A DNA stretch of 64,000 nt from Patescibacteria group bacterium (GTDB lineage Bacteria; Patescibacteriota; Patescibacteriia; PEXW01): positions 265,206 through 329,205 of the forward strand of contig JBAYJA010000001.1 in NCBI GenBank assembly GCA_041665345.1, read 5' to 3'. Shown one piece after another: positions 8,664-16,701 of the stretch (positions are counted from its first letter, which is position 1; each line of letters starts with the position of its first letter). The position numbers were made by a program, and so were the translations under genes. Below the pieces are notes generated by a model, which searched no databases, was not told where the DNA came from, and saw only the letters and a program-made list of their open reading frames with translations.

Positions 8664-9077
8664 TTATTCCTCCTTGGAGTTTTGTTGTTCAAATAGAGCA
8701 ATCTGCTCGGCCAGATCCTTACGCCAGTAGAGGATTCGGTGTTCATCCTCAAGCCCAACGACAAATTTCACGCCGGTGATAACCTTCATCAAACGAATCA
8801 CTGCCGCCTGTGCCTCCGGAGAAAAACCGAATACAACATTCGGCTTACCAGGTTCAGCGAATTGGATACAATCGTACACAGGGTTTTCTAGATTTGGATT
8901 GTCTCCAACGCACAGTTCAAGGGCCATACTATGCTTTGCGTAGTTGATGAAGTTAACCTGACTTAGGTTTTCCAGCGTGCACGGAAGTGTGTTCCGGGGT
9001 CCCATTTCAAACTCGACGGTGAGGGATTTAGTTCCACCAGTGCACCCATCGCTTGGGCATTGTTCTGACATATTCAC
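8664..9077 (-). CDS. hypothetical protein
   Basis: ORF only. It abuts the downstream zinc-ribbon ORF. Confidence 0.4.
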   Translation of the reverse strand: MNMSEQCPSDGCTGGTKSLTVEFEMGPRNTLPCTLENLSQVNFINYAKHSMALELCVGDNPNLENPVYDCIQFAEPGKPNVVFGFSPEAQAAVIRLMKVITGVKFVVGLEDEHRILYWRKDLAEQIALFEQQNSKEE

Positions 9078-9170
9078 TCCTTATGTGAAAGTTCAATTTC
9101 ATAGCACTGTAGCAGCTGATAAATTGTTCGTCAATGTGTGTGCGTAGCCCTTGCCAAAAAGTGATTTTTT

Positions 9171-12100
9171 TTGTACAGTACATTTTGCACTTGTCTTGCT
9201 ATGGCCAACGCAGCATCACCGCAGAAACCAGCGCAGCAACCCACGCCCTTCCCCGCAATGGAGGAAGAGGTTTTAGATTTGTGGGATAAGCAGCAGGTCT
9301 TCCAGAAAACCTTGGCGCAAACCAAAGCGGGGAAGCCTTTCGTCTTTTTTGAAGGGCCACCAACGGCGAATGGCAAGCCCGGCATTCACCATGTGCTGGC
9401 GCGTGTGTACAAAGACGTCATTGTCCGCTACCAGACTATGCGCGGCAGGTACGTGGAACGCAAGGCTGGCTGGGACACGCACGGTCTCCCAGTGGAATTG
9501 CAAGTGGAGAAGCAGCTGAAAATCTCTGGCAAGCAGCAGATTGAGAGTTTGGTTCCAGGTAATCCAACGGCCAGCATTGAGAAGTTCAACAATGCGTGCA
9601 AAGAGAGCGTGATGCAATTCCGGAATGACTTTGAAGTGCTCACCCGGCGGATTGGTTTTTGGCTGGACATGGCCAACCCCTACGTTACCTACGATCCAGC
9701 GTATATCGAAAGTGTCTGGTCCATTCTGAAAACCGTGTGGGACAAGCAGCTCATGTACAAAGGCCACAAAGTGGTGCCGCATTGCCCACGGTGTGAAACC
9801 ACACTGTCCAGCCACGAAGTAGCGCAGGGGTACAAGAGCGTGGTGGATACGTCTGTTTATGTGCAATACAAGGTACAGAGCAGTCCCAATGCAGAAATCC
9901 AAAAATGTATTGATGATAAGGACAATGTTTTCATTCTCTCCTGGACAACCACACCGTGGACGCTGCCTGGTAACGTTGCTCTGGCAGTTGGAAAAGCAAT
10001 CACCTACGTTTTGGTGAAGCACGATGGTGTGCTACGCATTGTCGCGAAAGACCGCCTAGTCGTTCTGGGTGAGGATGTGAAAGTCCAAGCGGAGTTTTCT
10101 GGCGAGAGTATGGTTGGCACCGTCTACGAGCCACTGTTTGCTGGGGCAGTCGACAAAGGTTCGTCCACCACTGCCTGGACGGTCTTGGCTGCAGATTTCG
10201 TCACCACCACGGACGGCACGGGCGTGGTACACACCGCCGTGATGTACGGTGAAGACGACTACCAACTTGGGAAAGCCATGGGTTTGCCCATGCAGCACAC
10301 GGTTGACCAGAGCGGAAAGTTTTTACCAACCGTTACCAAGTGGGCGGGAAGGTTTGTGAAGAGTAAAGACGTGGAAGCTGGGATTATCCAAGATCTGCAA
10401 GACCGGGGGTTACTGTTCCGCGCTGAACCGCACACGCACGACTACCCCTTCTGTTGGCGTTGCGATACGCCGCTGCTGTACTACGCGAAAGATAGCTGGT
10501 TCATTAAAATGTCTGCGTTGCGCGACCAGCTCCTGAAGAATAACGACGACATCACCTGGGTGCCGGGTCATTTGAAGCAAGGCCGGTTTGGGGAGTGGCT
10601 GCGTGAGGTGAAAGACTGGGCAATTTCTCGGGAACGGTACTGGGGCACGCCGCTGCCCATTTGGGAGTGCCAGCAGTGCAAGCACCAGGAAATGGTGGGC
10701 AGCTACGCTGACCTGCAAGCCAAGGCATCAACCTGGCCGTACTCTGCGCCCGAGCGCCAAATTTTTGTGATGCGCCACGGTGAGGCACAGGGTAATCTCA
10801 CCGGGACTGCACACACCTACATTGAAACCGATGTGAACGATCTGACCGACGCAGGAAAAGCACAGGCACGTGCCACCGCGGAAAAGCTCCACGGGAAAGT
10901 TGACCTCATTGTGACATCTGATTTTTTACGCGCAAAGCAAACTGCAGCGATGGTGAAGGAAATGCTGGGTGGTGATGTACAGGTCATTGAGGAACCTCGC
11001 TTGCGTGAAATCCAAGTGCATGAACATGAGGGAAAGCGCTGGGAAGCAATTTTTCAGCTGATGGGCGGAAATGTGGCGCGGGTAGATAAGCGGCATGGGA
11101 ATGCCGAAACCCTGCGGGAAGTTGCCATCCGCGTACGAGAAGCGGTGGATGCTTACCTCAACGCCTTTCCAGACAAGAGCATTCTCTTCATTTCGCATGG
11201 TGATCCACTGCTGGCTTTTGAATGGTTGCTGTCTGGCCAAGGTCCAGAGATGATTGAGCACCCAACCTACTTGAAAACGGGCGCGTACCGCGAAGTGACC
11301 GTCCACAGTATCCAACTGAATCCTCACCGACCATACATTGATGATGTGCAACTCGCCTGTCCAAAATGTCAGGGGACAATGGTTCGCATACCAGAAGTGA
11401 TTGACGTGTGGTTTGACGCCGGGTCTATGCCCTTTGCCCAGTGGCATTACCCCTTTGCAAACCAGGAGCGGGTTGACCAAGGCACGAACTTCCCGGCCGA
11501 GTACATTTCCGAAGGCATTGACCAGACACGCGGCTGGTTCTACACCCTGCTGGCTATTAGCACTTTGCTGGGCCGGGGCGCACCGTACCGCAACGTCATT
11601 TCCCTGGGGCATATCATGGACGCGAAGGGGAAGAAAATGTCCAAGTCCAAAGGCAACATTGTTGTGCCTGCAGCAGTGATTGACCAGTATGGCGCAGATG
11701 CGTTGCGGCTATACATGTTCACCATGAGCCAGGCCGGGGAGCCAAAGAACTTTGACGTACAGGGTGTGGATGAGGTAGTGAAGAAAACCTTGCTCATCTA
11801 CTGGAATGTGGTTACTTTTGCGACCACCTACGTGCCCAAGGAGCTGTGGGGGAATGCTGTCGCAGCACCAACCAATGTGCTGGATCAATGGGTGCTGGCC
11901 CGGCTGGGGCAGGTTACGCAGATAGTGACGGAAAAGTTGGAAGCCTTTGATCCAACTACCGCTGGCCGCGCCTTGCGAGATTTCATTACTGACCTTTCTA
12001 CCTGGTACCTCCGCCGCAGCCGCGATCGTTTGCGGCCAGGGGAAAGTTTCTCCACCGAAGCCGGGGCAACCCTCGTTTCGGTAATTCGCGCCACTGCGGT

Positions 12101-12743
12101 GTTGCTTGCGCCTTTTGCGCCGTTCATTGCGGAAAAAGTGTACCAGACCTTGCGGCAGGAAGCAGACCCCGAGAGCGTGCACCTGGTTCCGTGGCCTGCA
12201 GCGCAACCGTATGATGAAAAAGTGCTGACCAACATGACCCAGGTTCAGAAGATTGTTGAGCTGGGTCACGCCATTCGGAAAGAGCAGAATTTAAAAATCC
12301 GTCAGCCGCTGGCCACGTTGGGAACGTCGGTGCAACTTCCGGAGGCGTACCACGACATTCTCGCCAGTGAAATGAATGTGCTGCAGATCACGGCGGGCGT
12401 TGCGATACCCGCAGCCTTTGCTCAAAAAACTGCTGGTGAGGTAACCGTTGGTTTGGATACGCAGCTCACCGAAGAATTACAGCACCAAGGTCTGGTGCGT
12501 GAACTGGCGCGGCATGTGAATGATTTGCGAAAAACCGCCGGCTTCACCGTGCAGGACGTGGTGGATGTGGAATGGCAGACTGATGATGCAACACTCCAGC
12601 ACGCGTTCACTGAGCACGCCAAAGAACTGCAAGAGCTGACGCGCAGCAATACCATTCGCGCGGGTTCGGTAACCAACGTTGCGAGCAAGAAAGAGCTGCT
12701 CTTGGGTGGCGCGCGGGTAACCTTTGGCATTCGCAAGCCATGA
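9171..12743 (+). CDS. ileS: isoleucyl-tRNA synthetase, type 2 (eukaryote/archaea-like), carrying an inserted domain
   Basis: PPTANGKPGIHHVLARVYKDVIVRYQTMRGRYVERKAGWDTHGLPVE matches the type-2 IleRS HIGH region. KMSKSKGN is the KMSKS motif. A CxxC...CxxC knuckle is present. The real start may be M11 or M30. Confidence 0.9.
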   Translation: MYSTFCTCLAMANAASPQKPAQQPTPFPAMEEEVLDLWDKQQVFQKTLAQTKAGKPFVFFEGPPTANGKPGIHHVLARVYKDVIVRYQTMRGRYVERKAGWDTHGLPVELQVEKQLKISGKQQIESLVPGNPTASIEKFNNACKESVMQFRNDFEVLTRRIGFWLDMANPYVTYDPAYIESVWSILKTVWDKQLMYKGHKVVPHCPRCETTLSSHEVAQGYKSVVDTSVYVQYKVQSSPNAEIQKCIDDKDNVFILSWTTTPWTLPGNVALAVGKAITYVLVKHDGVLRIVAKDRLVVLGEDVKVQAEFSGESMVGTVYEPLFAGAVDKGSSTTAWTVLAADFVTTTDGTGVVHTAVMYGEDDYQLGKAMGLPMQHTVDQSGKFLPTVTKWAGRFVKSKDVEAGIIQDLQDRGLLFRAEPHTHDYPFCWRCDTPLLYYAKDSWFIKMSALRDQLLKNNDDITWVPGHLKQGRFGEWLREVKDWAISRERYWGTPLPIWECQQCKHQEMVGSYADLQAKASTWPYSAPERQIFVMRHGEAQGNLTGTAHTYIETDVNDLTDAGKAQARATAEKLHGKVDLIVTSDFLRAKQTAAMVKEMLGGDVQVIEEPRLREIQVHEHEGKRWEAIFQLMGGNVARVDKRHGNAETLREVAIRVREAVDAYLNAFPDKSILFISHGDPLLAFEWLLSGQGPEMIEHPTYLKTGAYREVTVHSIQLNPHRPYIDDVQLACPKCQGTMVRIPEVIDVWFDAGSMPFAQWHYPFANQERVDQGTNFPAEYISEGIDQTRGWFYTLLAISTLLGRGAPYRNVISLGHIMDAKGKKMSKSKGNIVVPAAVIDQYGADALRLYMFTMSQAGEPKNFDVQGVDEVVKKTLLIYWNVVTFATTYVPKELWGNAVAAPTNVLDQWVLARLGQVTQIVTEKLEAFDPTTAGRALRDFITDLSTWYLRRSRDRLRPGESFSTEAGATLVSVIRATAVLLAPFAPFIAEKVYQTLRQEADPESVHLVPWPAAQPYDEKVLTNMTQVQKIVELGHAIRKEQNLKIRQPLATLGTSVQLPEAYHDILASEMNVLQITAGVAIPAAFAQKTAGEVTVGLDTQLTEELQHQGLVRELARHVNDLRKTAGFTVQDVVDVEWQTDDATLQHAFTEHAKELQELTRSNTIRAGSVTNVASKKELLLGGARVTFGIRKP
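10755..11315 (+). other. histidine phosphatase (PGAM/SixA-like, RHG motif) domain inserted inside ileS
   Basis: VMRHGEAQGN...LTDAG..QA....KL....DLIVTSDFLRAKQTA...ISHGDPL gives RHG, the RAxQTA arginine and the second HG histidine in the right order. It sits exactly between the IleRS segments ...KASTWPYSAPE and LNPHRPYIDDVQLAC. Confidence 0.7.
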
Positions 12744-13501
12744 GCTTGGTGGATGTCCGCGGCGTGGTCCTGGGGCGGAAGGATGTTCGCGAAGACAGCC
12801 GGCTGTACACCATCTTCACCCAGGAGCGGGGCAAGGTGGAATTTTTTGGCCGTGGGATTCGGAAAGGGAAAGCCAAGTTGGGTGGGCACCTGGAACCTGG
12901 CGCAGTGGTTCGCTGCACCGTCGCACCCGGGAAAACTGGGGAGACCATCACGGCCGTGGAACGCTCGCACGCGCCAACCAGCGCGCAGCAGTCTTTGGCG
13001 CACGTGGCCAGTTTAACTTTTCTGCTTGGGGTTACTGACGCTATAACCAAACCCGAAGCGCCGGATGCGCCGCTCGCTTCATTCTTGGAAGAGGCGCTGA
13101 GCGCGTTGGAATCACTCCCCGTAACTCTAGCCCTACACGCACGTTTCCGCATGTGGGTGGCGTGGCACATTTTTTCCGCAGTTGGCGTGGTGCCAGACAC
13201 TACTCATTGCTCGCATTGCCGCAAACCCTTGGTGGGGGATGCGCGCTTTTCCAAGCACCATGGCGGGTGGGTAGGGCAGGAGTGCGCGAACCTGGACCCC
13301 ACAGCCTTTCCCGTGCCTGCCCAGGTGCGGGACTTCACCCATGCGCTCACGCGGGAGAGCTGGGCAATGATCGCTGATCAGAACATTACTCCCGTAATCG
13401 AAACAGACGCAGCACGCGTGACCCAAGCTGAGCTTCATCATGTCGCTGAGCGAGCCATTCCCGTGGAACGCTTCGTGGCTTTCACCCGGGCGCTGGGGTA
13501 A
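12740..13501 (+). CDS. recO: DNA repair protein RecO
   Basis: The N-terminus LYTIFTQERGKVEFFGRGIRKGKAK matches the RecO OB-fold and the C-terminus has a C4 zinc motif (CSHCRK...). Its ATGA overlaps the ileS stop. Confidence 0.8.
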   Translation: MSLVDVRGVVLGRKDVREDSRLYTIFTQERGKVEFFGRGIRKGKAKLGGHLEPGAVVRCTVAPGKTGETITAVERSHAPTSAQQSLAHVASLTFLLGVTDAITKPEAPDAPLASFLEEALSALESLPVTLALHARFRMWVAWHIFSAVGVVPDTTHCSHCRKPLVGDARFSKHHGGWVGQECANLDPTAFPVPAQVRDFTHALTRESWAMIADQNITPVIETDAARVTQAELHHVAERAIPVERFVAFTRALG

Positions 13502-13724
13502 GACTCGCCACAGAGTATTGACAAAACCCACAGTTTTGCTAGTTTGAGGTACTTGCTCTTTGACAAAGCAAGACCATGCAACATCGCGGGAGACCGTGCA
13601 AATGCTGGTACAAAAGGTACGCCAGCTTTGCGGAGGATTGTCCTCTGATGCATGAAACCTTACGGCTCACGTATTTCGGCCTACATGCAATAGGGTAGGA
13701 AGTTCAGGGTGAGAAGGAGGATGT

Positions 13725-14540
13725 ATGTTATTCCAACCAACCGTCACACTGCGGCTGAATTGCTGCCGTGGCAACCACAAAACCGGAGAAATCATTACCG
13801 CAGTTGATGACAACACCATTGTTGATTGGGAGAAGAATGAACTCTCCGTACCAAAGGAGCCCACAAATGCTTGGTGTGAGCAACGGGAAGGTACGAAAGA
13901 ATTTGTAATGATTCCAGTGTACTGCAAAAAGTGCAATGCCTGGACTATCCACTGGTACTCTTCTGTAGTCGGTGGAGGCACCTGGCAAACTGTGGAACCT
14001 CACTCGTACAAACGATCATTGCATTTCATGTATCGATCATCCACAGATGAGTGCATTAGTACGAAACTCAATCAGCCAGTCTCGGATCTGATGAATGTAA
14101 GTGCCGGGGGTTTCGAGTACCTTTTTGCGACAAATCCAAAGGATAATTGGTTCATCCTTCAGACCTATCAAACTCTTCTCCGCCATTTTTGTGTGTACGC
14201 AACAAGTATTTGGCCAAGATGGGCTTTGGAAAAATGGATTAGAGATGAAGAATCACGACGTTTCCCCAAAAGTTTGGAAATGCTGCAGAAGAATGATCGG
14301 CAAATTGTTGATTACCAGGCTCTGTCGAATGTCGTTTTTGAGTGCGTTGTTGAATTACACCGGCTGCAAGGGAGCATTCAATCACCAACAATTGCGGAGG
14401 TGCGGAAGCGGTTGCAGACCGTGTTAGTTAAGGCTGATGGAGGGTTTGTCACTCAGCTTTCAATGGCAAATGTGCCATTCGTTAGTGCAACCCCAGTGCA
14501 GGTTGTGAAATTGCCTGCAGAACAGGCTGACGAGAAGTAG
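13725..14540 (+). CDS. hypothetical protein (low-GC ORFan)
   Basis: ORF with about 46% GC against about 56% in the flanks. No motif recognised. Confidence 0.45.
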   Translation: MLFQPTVTLRLNCCRGNHKTGEIITAVDDNTIVDWEKNELSVPKEPTNAWCEQREGTKEFVMIPVYCKKCNAWTIHWYSSVVGGGTWQTVEPHSYKRSLHFMYRSSTDECISTKLNQPVSDLMNVSAGGFEYLFATNPKDNWFILQTYQTLLRHFCVYATSIWPRWALEKWIRDEESRRFPKSLEMLQKNDRQIVDYQALSNVVFECVVELHRLQGSIQSPTIAEVRKRLQTVLVKADGGFVTQLSMANVPFVSATPVQVVKLPAEQADEK

Positions 14541-14571
14541 CTTCGTTCGTTCACTATCCGGGATTGCAGAA

Positions 14572-16698
14572 ATGCAGTCCCGGTTTTTCTTTTCCGAATC
14601 CCGGTTTTTCGCTATACTGCATGGCACTATGGCAAAACCGAAGGCAAGCACAGCAAAGCGCGTCCCAATCCGAAAATTGAAGTCTGCCGAACCAGACGAA
14701 TTGCCAGAAAAGCTGGAAGTTGATGCAGCTGACGAAGCGCAGGAGGGTACAACCCCTGTGCATGCGGAGGCTCAGCCGGATGAGGATGTGGAGGCTGATG
14801 ACGAGCAAGACGAAGCCCCAGTGCGTATGCGCGGGGATGTTTTGGATGCCATTTACAAACCTGTGCCAGGTGACGACGATGACGAAGAGGAATCGTCACA
14901 GGATCTAAAAAAAGCCATGCCAAAGTCCAAGAAGAAGCGCCGGCTGATTATTCTCTTCGTCGTGCTTGGGATCCTGGCCGGTGCAACGTTGGCCGGGTAT
15001 TTAGTTTTCCGTTCTTCGTCACGGTTCAGTGAGCGAGTGCAGCTCACGGCGAAAGCCCCAGCAGGCATTGCCGCTGGCGATGAGGTTTCCGTTGTGGTCA
15101 CGGTTACCAATGAAGAGCAGATTGCTTTGCAGAATGCGGAGCTCACGCTCACCCCGCCAGAAGGCTTCACCTTTGCCTCTAGCCAGCCTGCTGCTTCAAA
15201 CGAATTCAACAATGCTTGGCACCTGGGAACGTTGCAGAAATCAGCCGGCACTACCGTAACGGTGAAGGGCCGCTTGGTGGGCGAGCAAGACCAGGAGAAA
15301 GTGTTTCGGTTTACCTTGGGCTACCGGCCGTCCAACTTCAACTACGATTTCCAAAAAAATCTGGAAGTGACGGTACGCATCAGCAGTTCCGTGCTGCAAC
15401 TGCAGCCCGATGTGCCGCTCCGGGTTACCCCTGGGGTGCAGACCCAAATCCCCATCGTGGTTCTGAACACGGGTTCAGCAGCGCTGGAAGACATCCGCCT
15501 AGTCGTGGAGTATCCCAGTAGCTTCACCTTTGGCAGTGCTACGCCCAAGCCAAGCCGGGAAGAAAATATTTGGGACATTGCCAGTATTCCAGCGAAAGGC
15601 CAAACGAAGATTACGGTTACCGGAGTCATCCAAGGAAATGTTGGCGATACTCCCGAATTCAAATTCCGCGCTGGCCGGGTGCTCACCGGCGAGTTGCAGG
15701 TGCAGGCTGAGGCGAGCGGGATTGGTACGTTGGTGCAGCCTGGCTTGCAAGTCACCCTCAATGTGACCAACCCAGGTGGCGGCACCGTACTGTCGTGGGG
15801 TGACATGCTGAACCTCTCTATTAGTTACAAAAATGAAAGCGAGAGCAACATGCAAGACGTGACCATTGTTGCAGAGCTGCGGGAGAAGAATGGCGGCGGG
15901 AAAGATGTAAAGATTTTTGAACTCGACGATCGATCCGATGTGCAGAAGGGGACGCTGTCTGGCCGCACGTTGACGTGGACGAAAGCCCAAGTGCCTGGTT
16001 TGGCAAAAATTGAACCAGGGAAGGGTGGCGACATTCTCCTCCGTCTCCCGGTTCGTTCCGGGCCGGACATTACGGAACAAGGCGACAAGAACTTTACCTC
16101 CACCATTGCGGTTCGGGCGTCCGTAGGCAGCATGGATGATGTGACGGGTAAGAATTTTGAAACCCAGGCCAAACCCTTGGAAACCAAGTTTTCCACCAAG
16201 CTCAACGTGGAACCGGAGGGGAGGTACTACAGTGATGAGCAGGTACCCATTGGTGCCGGACCACTGCCACCGCAGGTTGGCAAAGAGACGACGTACGAAA
16301 TGAGCTGGACCTTGACCAACGCCACCAATGAAACCACGCAAATTGTGGTAAGCGCAACGTTGCCAGATGCAGTGGTATGGACTGGCGTACAGAGTGTTAC
16401 TGCGGGCCAAGCAGTGACGTTTGATCCGACGACGCGGGAAGTGAGCTGGCGGGTGAACCGGGTGCCACCAGGCACTGGGAGTTTGTTCGCCAGTCTGGAA
16501 GCGAAGTTTCAGGTGAAAGTCACCCCAGTTGCCACGGATGTGGGCAAGCTCCTGTCCTTGCTTGGGCAAACTGTTGCCACAGCGCGGGACGAGTTTACGA
16601 CCCAAGATTTGCGGGTGGAAAAAGCGATCATCACCAGCGATTTACCAGGTGACGTTGCCGCGCAGGGCAAGGGGTTAGTTGTCGAAGCAACGCCGTAG
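14572..16698 (+). CDS. large membrane-anchored surface protein with repeated beta-sandwich (DUF11/CARDB-like) modules
   Basis: An acidic N-terminus, one TM helix (RLIILFVVLGILAGATLAGYLVF), then about 550 aa of repeated V/T/G-rich modules. The probable start is the MAKPK codon at 14629. Confidence 0.55.
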   Translation: MQSRFFFSESRFFAILHGTMAKPKASTAKRVPIRKLKSAEPDELPEKLEVDAADEAQEGTTPVHAEAQPDEDVEADDEQDEAPVRMRGDVLDAIYKPVPGDDDDEEESSQDLKKAMPKSKKKRRLIILFVVLGILAGATLAGYLVFRSSSRFSERVQLTAKAPAGIAAGDEVSVVVTVTNEEQIALQNAELTLTPPEGFTFASSQPAASNEFNNAWHLGTLQKSAGTTVTVKGRLVGEQDQEKVFRFTLGYRPSNFNYDFQKNLEVTVRISSSVLQLQPDVPLRVTPGVQTQIPIVVLNTGSAALEDIRLVVEYPSSFTFGSATPKPSREENIWDIASIPAKGQTKITVTGVIQGNVGDTPEFKFRAGRVLTGELQVQAEASGIGTLVQPGLQVTLNVTNPGGGTVLSWGDMLNLSISYKNESESNMQDVTIVAELREKNGGGKDVKIFELDDRSDVQKGTLSGRTLTWTKAQVPGLAKIEPGKGGDILLRLPVRSGPDITEQGDKNFTSTIAVRASVGSMDDVTGKNFETQAKPLETKFSTKLNVEPEGRYYSDEQVPIGAGPLPPQVGKETTYEMSWTLTNATNETTQIVVSATLPDAVVWTGVQSVTAGQAVTFDPTTREVSWRVNRVPPGTGSLFASLEAKFQVKVTPVATDVGKLLSLLGQTVATARDEFTTQDLRVEKAIITSDLPGDVAAQGKGLVVEATP

Positions 16699-16701
16699 GA
16701 T

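Noticed and set aside
9273-10022. 249-aa minus-strand ORF
   Set aside because: It is antisense within ileS. The high-GC frame artefact has a Pro/Gly/Arg-rich translation.
10755-11315. Intein hypothesis for the IleRS insertion
   Set aside because: The insert lacks the intein N-terminal Cys/Ser and the C-terminal His-Asn plus nucleophile. It has an RHG phosphatase catalytic set, so it is a fused enzymatic domain.
15499-16605. 368-aa minus-strand ORF
   Set aside because: It is antisense to the surface-protein gene and has no motifs. The sense strand has clear repeated-domain structure.
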